Assembly (NCBI RefSeq): GCF_001194135.2
Contig: NC_068983.1
Span: forward strand, 68,181,841 to 68,245,840
Origin: Octopus bimaculoides
Lineage: Eukaryota
Direction: 5' to 3'
Length of the DNA stretch: 64,000 nt
Shown here: positions 1 through 12,419 of the stretch, in pieces
Position numbering within the stretch: the stretch's first letter is position 1
Layout: every line of letters begins with the position of its first letter
Made by a program: the position numbers and the translations under genes
The notes under the pieces: model-generated
Told to the model about the DNA's origin: nothing
Database searches by the model: none
What the model saw: the letters and a program-made list of their open reading frames with translations, nothing else

Positions 1-51
<51 letters not shown>

Positions 52-804
52 TGATAACCCAATCTTTTCAAGTTGTGGCAGTTGTTCAGCCTTATATGAT
101 TTATTGTCTAAATTATCCGATAGAGGCTCTATTTACCGCTGCCATTATTAACGGCACGGGTGCTGTAATGTGTAAATATTTTGAGGAATGGTGAAGCAAA
201 TAACTATTCTATAAACCATAATTCCTTATTCATTTTCACTTATTGCCGATAGTCATTCTGATAATTAGAGATTTTTACATCATACTTAATGCATATATGC
301 TGTTTCAAAGCATTCTAAACTGAGATATTCATCTCGAGAGAGTATCTCTCATGAAGTTTAGAAAGTTTTCTGCAGTATATATGCTTTAAGTATGATATAC
401 AGATGGCTAATTTGAACTAATATTGCATTTGTCGCAAATAGTGAATTACCATTCTCACAATGTCCGTTGTTCAAAATTTTGGTTGAGGTATGAGTTTCTA
501 TTTCTTGTTGCCACATACACGTGCTCGACGACACGCACAGCAACCGTATATAATAACTATATGTATGTGTGTGTGTGTGCATCATATATGAAGGCACGAA
601 TGCATATATATATGCATGTGTGTGTGTGTGTCTTTATTTTAGAACTTTGTTCCTCTTGTTCTTTTTTATTGTCCATTGTATTTGCACAATATATATGTGT
701 GCGTGTGTGTGTGTATGTATTATGAATGCTTGTATGTATTTAAGTATTATGTATGTGTATACATATACATATTCACATGCATGCATGCATGCATACATAC
801 ATGC

Positions 805-851
<47 letters not shown>

Positions 852-899
852 ATATGTATACATGCATATATATGTGTGTGTATGCATATATCTATCTAC

Positions 900-937
<38 letters not shown>

Positions 938-940
938 NNN
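1..940. repeat. Compound (TA)n/(TG)n/(TC)n microsatellites leading into an N-gap
   Basis: Direct inspection; similar tracts border most gaps. Confidence 0.9.
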
Positions 941-1999
941 NNNNNNNNNNNNNNNNNNNNNNNNNNNNNNNNNNNNNNNNNNNNNNNNNNNNNNNNNNNN
1001 NNNNNNNNNNNNNNNNNNNNNNNNNNNNNNNNNNNNNNNNNNNNNNNNNNNNNNNNNNNNNNNNNNNNNNNNNNNNNNNNNNNNNNNNNNNNNNNNNNNN
1101 NNNNNNNNNNNNNNNNNNNNNNNNNNNNNNNNNNNNNNNNNNNNNNNNNNNNNNNNNNNNNNNNNNNNNNNNNNNNNNNNNNNNNNNNNNNNNNNNNNNN
1201 NNNNNNNNNNNNNNNNNNNNNNNNNNNNNNNNNNNNNNNNNNNNNNNNNNNNNNNNNNNNNNNNNNNNNNNNNNNNNNNNNNNNNNNNNNNNNNNNNNNN
1301 NNNNNNNNNNNNNNNNNNNNNNNNNNNNNNNNNNNNNNNNNNNNNNNNNNNNNNNNNNNNNNNNNNNNNNNNNNNNNNNNNNNNNNNNNNNNNNNNNNNN
1401 NNNNNNNNNNNNNNNNNNNNNNNNNNNNNNNNNNNNNNNNNNNNNNNNNNNNNNNNNNNNNNNNNNNNNNNNNNNNNNNNNNNNNNNNNNNNNNNNNNNN
1501 NNNNNNNNNNNNNNNNNNNNNNNNNNNNNNNNNNNNNNNNNNNNNNNNNNNNNNNNNNNNNNNNNNNNNNNNNNNNNNNNNNNNNNNNNNNNNNNNNNNN
1601 NNNNNNNNNNNNNNNNNNNNNNNNNNNNNNNNNNNNNNNNNNNNNNNNNNNNNNNNNNNNNNNNNNNNNNNNNNNNNNNNNNNNNNNNNNNNNNNNNNNN
1701 GTTCGTGTGCATGTGAGTATATGAAATATTTCTATTATTTTGCACCATTATTTGTGTTTTTTATCATTTCCTCTTTTATTGTTTTGAGGGTGAGGGTGAG
1801 ATGAGGTGCTGCTATGTAAGAACATAATTTTTTTTTAATCGTTTATTTTTAAATCAACGACCTTACGAAAGTAACTTTTTGAATTTATCAAATCATGCCA
1901 AGTGATATATCTATACTGTAACAGTGACATTGGATTGTTTTCGGGGTTTTTTATTTTGTTTTTGTTTTTTGTTTTTTTTTTTTTCGTTGTTTTTTTAAC

Positions 2000-3880
2000 C
2001 ATGCACCATCGTGGATACTTGAGTGGATGAGATTTATCTTGTCTAAATGTATTTTATATTGTGATATATTGCGGACACTTCAATGAAACATTAAGTCATC
2101 GCTGTCCGCAACCCATTTTCAATTCCCAATTGTGACATTTTCCTTCATTTCGTTGAAAGTTTTTGAGTCAAAAGTTTTATAATAATTACATGAAAGTCAC
2201 TATTTTCCATTTATCTTTTATCAACCTGAGTCTTCGCAATTATGTAAACATGCACTATTATATGCTGTTATTTACCACTGCAACAGATCAGCAATTATCA
2301 TGCAAGCCCATGATCAAAGGTGTCATCGATAACCATTCCGTGCTTTATTCCAACAGTATAGCAATGCATTATTAATCAATGGACACTACATTTAACAAAA
2401 GTACTGTCGGGAGTGAAATGAGGGGTATTTTACATCTACATCTAGCATGTCGATCCATCACACTAAGGCTTGCTCATTATACATTATAACATAACATATT
2501 ATATTATGTTATAGCATATCAAATTGTTTGTATAACCAGACTACATTAGCATAAATTATACGTGAAATCTTTCACACTGGATTACATTGAGATGGATCAC
2601 TGCGAACACTTTCTAGAGCAGTTACAATCAACATCATCACTCATTTAGATCAATGAGCATGAGAAATTTTATTTCCCTGTCCCAATGTATCAGACCGAGG
2701 ACCTGAACACCTTTTTGCTATAGGACTACACGATATTTCTACGGATCACGAAATTGCCGACTTTTTCTAGTAAGAGATATTGAAGCAGTCAGCGAAAGAT
2801 CTTAACAAGAGTTCTGAGTATTATCTAAGAGTCGTAATAGGAGGTTTCTCTTGGATAATGTCCAGACGCCTGAATACTCCCGGCGAAGTAGCATAATTTC
2901 GCAGACTTTCGCCGAGTAACCTTCTTTCCACAATAATCATAAGTTTTGACTTGGTAGATGTAGAGTAGTCCAGATTTACTTCTTTTAATCTACAACAATT
3001 TCGAAAATGTAACCCCTTGACCTCTAAGAATTGGCCTAACTATTGCACTAATGGATCCTTTGTCTTTCCAGAAACCTTTCTGAAGAATCCCACGAATAAT
3101 TTATGTGTGCGATACAAATATAACGTGTATCAAGAGTTCTTTTCTTTCTCTTGAACATTTCAACGTATGAGAGTAGGGTTGCTTGTTTGTTTATTAATCA
3201 GAGAAAGATGGGCAGCGTATACAATCTTTGTAGGACAACCTGACAGAAGAGAACGGTATGCTTTAACAGCACTTTCAACTACGGTGGGTTTGACAACAAT
3301 AGGACAAATATGAGCGGGGTAGACAATTCAAGTAGAAAAAAATCGTTGGACAAAGAGTTTTTGAAGATCCTAGAGGCAATGGGACGAGAGGCAGATACGC
3401 TGAGTGTAGTTGGTGTATGTGGCATGCAACTTTCCCATTTAGAGGGGCAGAGTCTATTATATCAGCAATATTATTATTATAAGAGAAAGAAAAAAGTGCA
3501 TCATTGAGATAGTAATCGTTAGTGGTTGGCGCGCGCTTATCTGAACAGAATAGCCTTCTTTTATATGGTCTATTATGCTTATGTATGTGTAGCAACTCCA
3601 CCGCCTAATATATATAAGCACTACCCCAGTATGGATCTACTTCAGTTTTTGTGATCAGCAAATGAACATAGTTGATGAGGACTTCGAAGAGGAAGCTCGG
3701 GCTGTGAATGTCAGATTTGATTTTCGGAGCTGACGAAGTAGAACGACACAGAAACATGCGTCCTACGATTCAATGATGTCATTCACAGCCCTTTCACCTT
3801 CTCAAAACTGTCTTCACAGACGCCTAGAAGGAGAATTTTCTCCCGACGATCTCCGCAACAAAAGGTTTTATATTTGAATG
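2000..3880 (-). mobile_element. Possible highly decayed non-LTR retrotransposon coding remnant
   Basis: CpG-containing non-microsatellite block with weak, frameshifted RT-like words in order on the minus strand (SPIA, IDDTFD, GCGQR). No intact ORF. Confidence 0.3.
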
Positions 3881-4539
3881 CACTCGAATGATTTTACACG
3901 AATGTTCTTTATTCAGCGCATGCTTCGTGCGACATTATACATACAGTCATGTATACAGATATATATTTATATGTGTGCGTGCATGTATGTATACTCACAC
4001 ACACAATCACGCACGAACACATACATACGTTATATATATNNNNNNNNNNNNNNNNNNNNNNNNNNNNNNNNNNNNNNNNNNNNNNNNNNNNNNNNNNNNN
4101 NNNNNNNNNNNNNNNNNNNNNNNNNNNNNNNNNNNNNNNNNNNNNNNNNATATATATATATATATAAAGAGAGAGAAAGGGGGATATATAGATATAGATA
4201 TACACACACTTGTACACATGCTCACATACACGCACGTTCTCAGCGTTTACACACGCCATAAGGTTAGACTATGACATCAACAGAATAACAAACATCTCCA
4301 TTCAAGTTAATCAATTAATTAAATTTGTATTAATCTCGATACATTTCGAAATAAGAGATATACAACAGTGGCTTACCAGTGTCACAAATTATTTTTCAGA
4401 AAAAGCCTATGGTTATCGTGACTTTCATGTATCTTTTCTTTTTTTTCATTCCACAAAGTGTGTGATCCGCATTAAACTGCGCCTTATTTGGAACACAGTG
4501 TGTCATGCTTGTAACAAACTATACGCGCAATGACAGTGT

Positions 4540-5240
4540 ATCTTGTATGTAACAGTGTTTTGTTTGTAACAGTATTTTCCTGTAACACAATGTTTAATAC
4601 TGTAAAATAGCTTACCTCTTTATGCGTTTGATCTTAAATATACTCCCAGTGATAATGAACTGTGCCTTACCTGTAATACATTGTCTTGTTTCGAACTACT
4701 ACATATTTTACCTGTAGCAGATATATGATTCATTTTACCAGTGATAACGAACTGTATCTTGCCAGTAATACATTGTATTTGATTTGTAACGTATGTAACG
4801 TACAGTATAATTTTTCCTTTAACAGATATACACTGTATATTGCCAGTGATACTAAACAATATCTTGCCTGTAACATATTGCATCTTGTTTGTAATATATT
4901 GTAACATAATGTAACACAATGTATTTTTTCCATAAACCGGTTTTTCTTGCATGTAAAATTAGATGTATTACATGTAACATACCGCGTTCTCTGTATCATA
5001 CTATATCTTGAAATTAAAATTTTACATCTTTACCAGATTGTGTTGTATATTGCCAATATTCTGATGTATCTTCCATTTTACAATGTAAATTATCAGCAAT
5101 CTATTAAACTAAATGTGATTTAACTACACTATTGTATGATTTTCCCAGAACATTATGTAACTTCCTATCATGCATTACACATTGTCCGTGATATGATATA
5201 ACTTGCTTGTAATACAATATATGGCTTGTATCATGGTGTC
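4540..5240. repeat. Degenerate minisatellite (recurrent tatcttgccagtaatacattg-like units)
   Basis: Repeated tgtaata/ccagtgata motifs; minus-strand translations show repeated ITGKIQ words. Confidence 0.6.
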
Positions 5241-5289
5241 TACTCTTTGCGGGAATTGTATCAAGAATTTTATGAGCTAAATTATAAAG

Positions 5290-5830
5290 TTCATTTCTGA
5301 CACCATCTCATGATGATGTACCGTCTATTGCTACAATACGTTCTTGTACAACATCTAACGAATGCAGCTTTCCAACATTTTAGGCACTTTCAAAGCGTCA
5401 TGGTATTATGACTTCTGACAGCCGGTTTTATTACAAGAAGTAGTCTGGCTCTTACTAAACAATGGTCAGTCCAGCATTCAACACTTTGCATAGAATGGAC
5501 ATTGCAGGCATCCTGTTCGTGACAATCCCTTAGTCAGCTAAATGTAATGGCGGGATTCTGGGTGCATCCAAATTATAACGTTATCAACTCTGTGTCTGAA
5601 TTATGTGCTTGAGATATAAGACGAAACTCGGTGCATAACTCCAGCAAATGCAAACCATTATTGTTTACTTTCCCCACACCATACCTTCCCAAGCAACTCC
5701 AAGTTTCACTGTCTTTTCCAACTCACGCATTAGAGCTTCAAGGAGAATATTTTTTACTATCAGAAACATATCACAGTACATGCATTAAGGAGTCATAAAA
5801 ATCCGCTTTTGTAGCTTCATCACTAGCAAT
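5290..5830 (-). mobile_element. RTE-clade LINE APE endonuclease remnant
   Basis: Translation with stops: KADFYDSL...NA*VGKDSETWSCLGRYGVGKVNNNGLHLLELCTEF...VECWTDHCLV. Confidence 0.75.
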
Positions 5831-5854
5831 TGTGAGAGCATACACACTGATTAG

Positions 5855-6260
5855 AGTTGCTGTTGTTGGCACTCCGTCGCTTACGACGATGAGGGCTCCA
5901 GTTGATCCGATCAACGGAACAGCCTGCTCGTGAAATTAACGTGCAAGTGGCTGAGCACTCCACAGACACGTGTACCCTTAACGTAGTTCTCGGGGATATT
6001 CAGCGTGACACAGTGTGACAAGGCTGACCCTTTGAATTACAGGCACAACAGAAACAGGAAGTAAGAGTGAGAGAAAGTTATGGTGAAGGGAGTACAGCAG
6101 GGTTCGCCACCACCCCCTGCTGGAGCCTCGTGGAGCTTTAGGTATTTTCGCTCAATAAACACTCGCTCTAGGAGGCGCAATGGCCCAGTGGTTAGGGCAG
6201 CGGATTCGCGGTCATAGGATCACGGTTTCGATTCCCAGACCGGGCGTTGTGAGCGAGTGT
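5855..6260 (-). mobile_element. tRNA-headed SINE with inverted 5' head
   Basis: Body on minus strand (5855-6168) ends in an (AAC)-like tail. A/B-box head TGGCCCAGTGG...GGTTTCGATTCC lies on the plus strand (6170-6250). Inverted 10-bp junction duplication. Confidence 0.7.
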
Positions 6261-6447
6261 GACATACACACATACATACACATATACATATACACATACA
6301 TATATGCATGCATACATATATACATATACGAATACACACATAAGTCCATATGAAGATACGTAAATGTATTATTATATCTGCATATGTGTGAAGGCAACTT
6401 GTATATATGTAATATATACCATGCTTGTGTGTTCCAAATCGCGCGCG

Positions 6448-6483
<36 letters not shown>

Positions 6484-6807
6484 AACACACATACACACAC
6501 AGACTCACATATACATATACATATACACATACATACACACATACACTGAAATAACGCCTCCATTGGATATTAATCCCACGTATTCACTGTATTTCTGTTC
6601 ACTTTGTTTACATGTACACAACTAGTTTATTTTTCATTTCATTCTTGAACACTGGTGTTTAGTAAGTGCCACTTTGAGAAACGTTGTACAGCGGTAGCAG
6701 GATTTGAAACTAGAACTTCAAACTTTAACAATGGTCATTAACTAAGAGGAACCTCCCACTTCATTTGTTGATGATGCGAACCATGTGCTTCTTTATGATA
6801 TTCCTTC

Positions 6808-7135
6808 AGAGCCAAGGCGGTGAGCTGGTAGAATCGTTAGCACGCCGGACGAAATGATTAGCGGTATTTCGTCTGCCGTTACGTTCTGAGTTCAAATTCC
6901 GCCGAGGTCGACTTTGCCTTTCATCCTTTCGGGGTCGATAAATTAAGTACCAGTTACGCACTGGGGTCGACGTAATTGACTTAATCCCTTTGTCTGTCCT
7001 TGTTTGTCCCCTCTATGTTTAGCCCCTTGTGGGCAATAAATTAAGTACCAGTTGCGTACTGGAGTCGATCTAATCGACTGGCCCCCTCCCCCCAAATTTC
7101 AGGCCTTGTGCTTATAGTAGAAAAGATACTCATTT
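6808..7135 (+). mobile_element. tRNA-derived SINE, family B (ggcggtgagctgg...gcctttcatcctttcggggtcgataaattaagtacc), two tails in tandem
   Basis: Pol III-like head. Related decayed copies at about 8200, 11900, 21070, 23810, 43470, 45340, 50570, 51060, 51250, 53290 and 55800. Confidence 0.8.
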
Positions 7136-7299
7136 AGAGCTAATCGGGTAGACTGTAGAGTGTCTTTGCTATCACACACATAGTACGATGCTAAAACGAG
7201 AAAGGTTAATGAGCAGAGCCGACCAGTCAATATCAGTCATTGAGTCAACAATCTTTGAGCAATGAGTTTTCCTATATAACTTCGTTCATAATAATATGA

Positions 7300-7640
7300 C
7301 AGTCTCAGTTTATATGTACGCAGAGGTAACGTTTCGTTGCAACCGTTGCCGACCTGAAATCTTTAATGCTTGTACAAAGGTGTCTTTTTGGTGTTTGTGG
7401 TTGCTTATTTAAGTGTAATGCGTTTAATGTAGTGTTGGCTAGCTTCACATAGACCATCACATAAACTCTCCGATCCTTCAATGTCAAGACAGATCACGAC
7501 GTTTAGAGGCAGAAACCCAGAGACCCTGGCATTAGGGTAATTACTAGTCACTTCCTGTTGCCTTTTCCTGGCCATAAATGAATTTTGAATACAGAACTGC
7601 AACTTTACGGAACACTTAAATATCGAAACTGCTCCTCGTA
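7300..7640 (-). mobile_element. Decayed RTE-type endonuclease remnant
   Basis: FCIQNSFMARKRQQEVTSNYPNA resembles the LCITNSFF..K..HKVTW.HP motif. Confidence 0.45.
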
Positions 7641-8429
7641 CAGTATGTATTTACAAGTAAGTAACCTGAGACATCGAAGGTTAGGCACCTCTGCCATACA
7701 CGTAGGTTGATACCGTTAACGATTTTTTTCTAGTTACCACACTAAGATGTTTTATTTTGCCAAGAAAGAAGTTAACGAAGCGTCAAACTTTTTGGCTGGC
7801 AAACTTGAAGTCTGATCATCTGGCTGACTGCAATATTCCATGCAGCTAATAATCAGAAGAAAATAACTTTCAATATACATCTCATAAAATTGTTTGAGTT
7901 AGTTTCAAATTACTGCTAAGGTGGGAAGAAGATGCATGACGAAGTTTTTGCCGATAATTATACCAAAATAACTGACTCAACAGATGAAATAACACAATAT
8001 TCTCTTGACACAGCTGGATAGCAAAGAAGCGAGCGGAACCTCGGAAGTGGTAAATATCTAAAAGAGGCGCAAACCGCAGGCTACTCTTCAGGTCAAGAGT
8101 ATATTGATTAAATGAAGTTTATATCGTCGTTAGGAGGCCCATGTTAACACGCGGAAGATTCGATCAGAATGCGTAGAGAGCATGTTTGTTATTAATAATT
8201 CTTTCTATTATAGGCACAAGGCCCGAAATATTGTGTGGTGAGGTCAGTCGATTACATCGACCTCAGTGTTTAACTGGTACTTATCTTTATCGATTCCGAA
8301 AGACAAAAAGCAAAGCTGACCTCCGTTGAATTTGATCTCGGGGCATAAAGCCGGGTGGGATGCTATAGGTTAGTAGAAGCTTAGTCGTCGTTCAGTGGAC
8401 TAACAGCACACATTAGCAGCAATAGTAAT

Positions 8430-10659
8430 CAAGAGCCCGGAAACAGAGGGTGCAGGTGGTGCGCTTGCACCCCCTAAAATTTTGCTGGGGTGCAAAATCA
8501 AAATTTGCACCCCCTACATATTTGCCCGGTTTAGAAGATAGTGTCTAAAAAATGATCTGTAAAAAGTTGCTTGAAGTTAGATTTCTTCTCAAAACAAGAA
8601 CGAAAGACAAAAATTAAATTTTTTAAATAAAAAGTCCAAAATGTTAACTGATGAAGCTGGTCATAAAATTTCCAAAGGAATCCTAGAAAGATATATTACT
8701 GAACTAAAGCATTATCAACATCAAAATTAAAAGTGTGTATATATANNNNNNNNNNNNNNNNNNNNNNNNNNNNNNNNNNNNNNNNNNNNNNNNNNNNNNN
8801 NNNNNNNNNNNNNNNNNNNNNNNNNNNNNNNNNNNNNATATATATAGTTGAAAATATGTGAAAAACATAAAAAGTGGAAGAGAAATGCCTTCGTTTCACA
8901 TAGTTTAATATCTTTTTATAAAGACATTTCGACCAGAGTCGTTGAGACCAGATCAGACCGGTCGAAACCTGTTAAAATTGTTGATACATCGCTACGAGCA
9001 ACAATAAAGACTACTCTCAAATGACTGCTGAAACAATCTGGCAAAGCTTCCACTTTGTTCGGTATTAAGGTAGCTTGGAATGTATTTTAAATATGTGAAT
9101 CTGCGGCACGTAGCTTACAGAGTCCAGGCACAACAGCCGGTGACTGCTTGAAGCTGATCGAGAAGTTGAATAACTCCCTTTCAAAAATGAGCAGTGAGAA
9201 AATTTTTGAAAACTATTTCGGCGAAATATTCTCTGCTGACTTTGTGAAAAGGCCTAACACTTATTGTTCCAAGAATACATCGTTGCGCTTCAGACATACA
9301 ACTACTGAAGAAGGTGCTCTCTCTGTCATTGATGACTGGCATCGGCAATTTTTCAGCATCATTGATGCCGCCAAAAATGAATTGAATTGCCGCTTTCAGT
9401 AAGGAAGAATGTGCATATGATCTGAGTGAGAGGATTTGCAGTTAGTTGTGGCCGTTTGAACTTGCAAATGCATACATGGCTTTTTCATTTTACTTGCCCT
9501 TACTGTCCTCACAAATCAAACTCATTACTGGCCTGTGGACGAAAAAAGAACCTTTGCCCAAATAATTGCAGGACATTGTTGAAAATGGAGAGTTTCTGAT
9601 GCTACTGTTCGTCCTAGCAAGTGTTGATGCTAATGCAGCTTATTCTGTCTCGTACATATGGAAAAATGCTTCAAATTATTCTAAAAAATTTTCTACTCTC
9701 GCTTTGGCAATGAAACTTTCTATGAAGATGTGCAAAGCATTTTTATTGCACAAGTTTTATGCATATGTATTATGGTACAGTGTGTTAGACGGATGGTACG
9801 GAGTCAGGTCTTCAAACGGCGAAGTACGCTGAACGTTCTCTCACTTGCAGCTTATTCTGTCTTTGCATCAATTGAGAAAACGTTCAGTACACTTCGCTGT
9901 TTGAAGAAGACCTGGCTCTGTACCACATTGATACAGCACTGCCTAATACACTGTTCCATAATGCATGTGCATAAAAACCTGTGCAAGAAAAACGCTTTGC
10001 ACATATTCATAGAAAGTTTCATTGCCAAAACGATCGAGTGTAAAAAATTTTTTGAAAAAATCTTCAAAATGATCACACCATCAATGGAGAGTTCTATGCC
10101 AACTTGCTAAGGTAGTAACAAAAGTCTGTCAAGACCAAACGCCCAGAAAAACTGATGAAATGGGTTTTGTTTCATTAGGACAATGCTTCAGCACACAAGT
10201 CCTTGGTTTCAATGGCTGCTGTGCGTGACTGGCTTTGAACTGATTGATCACCCTCCCTATTTTAGCGATTTGGCCCCATCTGACTATTGTCTGTTTCCCA
10301 ACATGAAAAGACACTTAACTGGGCACCACTATCGCTGTGATAATGACGTCTTATCTGCTGTTGATGGCTATTTTTGACCAACAGCATAGCTTCTTCATCA
10401 ATAAGATCCAAACATGTAACACTCATGGAAGTGTGTGGACAGTAAGAGAAACTATGTTAAAAAATTAACTTCATTTGGTCACATACCATAGCAGTGTCTT
10501 GCTCAGCCCATGAACATTTCAGCCGACCCTCATAATAATAACAATTATTATTATACCTGCACTTATATTAATATTAACATTGAAAAGATTCACATTTTTC
10601 GTAAAAAATTTTGGACCTGGATTTGCACCCCCGAAGTAAATTTCGTTCTCGGTCCATTG
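8430..10659 (+). mobile_element. Degenerate hAT DNA transposon
   Basis: Imperfect TIRs (caagagcccggaaac / gttctcggtccattg), subterminal tgcacccc motifs, near-TSD atagtaat/gtagtagt (6 of 8 match), and hAT dimerisation-like ASIEKTFSTLRCLKKTWLCTTL. Confidence 0.75.
10065..10533 (+). mobile_element. mariner transposase 3' remnant nested in the hAT
   Basis: H*DNASAHKS...ELIDHPPYFSDLAPSDYCLFPNMKRHL (YSPDLAPSD motif). Confidence 0.85.
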
Positions 10660-11029
10660 GTAGTAGTGTTTCCGTAGTAATAACCAAATTTGATGGTGCT
10701 TGGTTAAAATTGATATTGGATTATCAATATGGGTGGTGCTGCATGGATTAAATGTTCTGTCTTTGTATTTGGGACAGCTGAGCCTAGGGTGGCATATCTG
10801 GATTGTCAGCTGCCAGTAAATTGAAGTTCGTTAACAGGGTGTACCTCTGGTGGAAACAATTTAGATGCTGAATGGAATATTATGAAAAAATGTGTTAGCT
10901 TTCACCCCCTAGAAATAGCTGTTGAAAATCTGTGTTCTGTGCATACAAATTTATTCAAGACCGAATCATTTATCTAGTTTTATTGTCAAAACTTTTAGAT
11001 AAGAAGACTTTTGTTGCTATTCAATTACG

Positions 11030-11760
11030 TCACTATTTTATGCGACGATTCTGCAACGTTTCTCCATAACTTTGAATTATTGTAAAATAATTATCCTGCA
11101 ACCTCCAAAGTAAATGTTTAAAAAATGTGAAAAGCAAACGTTTGAACGATTGAATAAAAGAAGCTTAGGGAACCAAAGATGAAGAAATGACGGCTGGTGT
11201 GGTGAAGTGGCTCAATGTGATCTAACCTTATTGAGCAAGCCTTATTTTTAAAAGTTATATCAATGTCATGAAATATTTAAAATCCAAACGTAAAGCAAGT
11301 GTTAAAAATATCAGTATCAGCAATGAACTAAAATGCATCGAAATTACAGTAATTAGAAGGGGGAAATATTGAAAAACAGTACAAATTTACCAGTAAAAGA
11401 GACTGGTGTTGATGCTGAGAGAAATTTCTCGGCCGCTGATTTATTCATAATTTAAGATCTAATGCTTGTTTATTCATAACCCAATTAAGATCAAGTCTGT
11501 CTGATAAAACACTAGAGGCATTATGCTTTTTGGAAGATTATTTTTCAAACAGAGATTAAAATTTCTTTATGATTGAGTTAGGAAACAAATCTTAAAACGG
11601 TTAACCTCTTTACTATAAGACTTCCATATCAAATGCAAATCAAAACAAACATTTCTTTTATCAGCTTGTTGCTTATTTTTGTAAAAAAAAATTTTTTCTA
11701 TTTCTTTTTCTTCTTTGAGGAATAATTTTTCATGCGCAATAAATGTTACGATAGAAAATT
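11030..11760 (+). mobile_element. Second hAT transposase C-terminal remnant
   Basis: PVKETGVDAERNFSAADLFI...LRSSLSDKTLEALCFLEDYF around 11390-11560. Confidence 0.65.
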
Positions 11761-12419
11761 ATTTTTATTTATAATTTCTTTGCCAGAAAATAAATTCTTA
11801 ACTTTACAACAAACCGATTAATCCTTTAATACCTAGTTGTGAAAATTTCCAACGACTATTCACGGGTTTAGTTGTATCGTTAGAGATCCGGTTGCTGCAG
11901 TGTTTGTTCCAGTTGCTTGTATTCTGAGTTCTAATTCTGCCGTGATCGGTTTTGCTTTTCAGCCTTTCGAAGCCGAAAAAAAATGTAATAGCTCAGTGTT
12001 TGTTGGCGTTCTCTCTTGCCCTAGCCATCACATCCTGAATGTTATACAGGATCAAGGGTGAGGACAGTAAAACATCAGACAGATAGACGATACAAAAGCC
12101 AACAGGAGAAACAACAATTAGAAGGACAGGAAAAAAGACGGTTCATTCGTGGCCTTCTTTCATCAGTCAAGTTTACCAGACGTCCTTACTGTTTCGAGCA
12201 GTTACACTTAAGACAGTTCGATCTGGTTGCCCCCAAAAATGTCTAAGCTAAGAGCATTAGATTTTTTTGTCAGAAAGCTAACGATTCACAAAAGACAAAA
12301 AACGGAGAACATGGCACCAATTACAAATACAAACAAGAAAATAACAACAGGTGTCTTTTGACCGAGAACGAATCAAATTGGCGTATATGAAGTGAACATA
12401 GGAGATGGACATAAGTGTT

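Noticed and set aside
358-1804. Long ORFs in the track (also 29969-31316, 38448-39095, 58054-58849)
   Set aside because: They are produced by microsatellites and N-gaps (X runs), not genes.
12140-12200. GAAAC...GUC...CUGAUGA on the minus strand as a hammerhead
   Set aside because: Stems I-III do not pair convincingly; at most a Penelope-like remnant.
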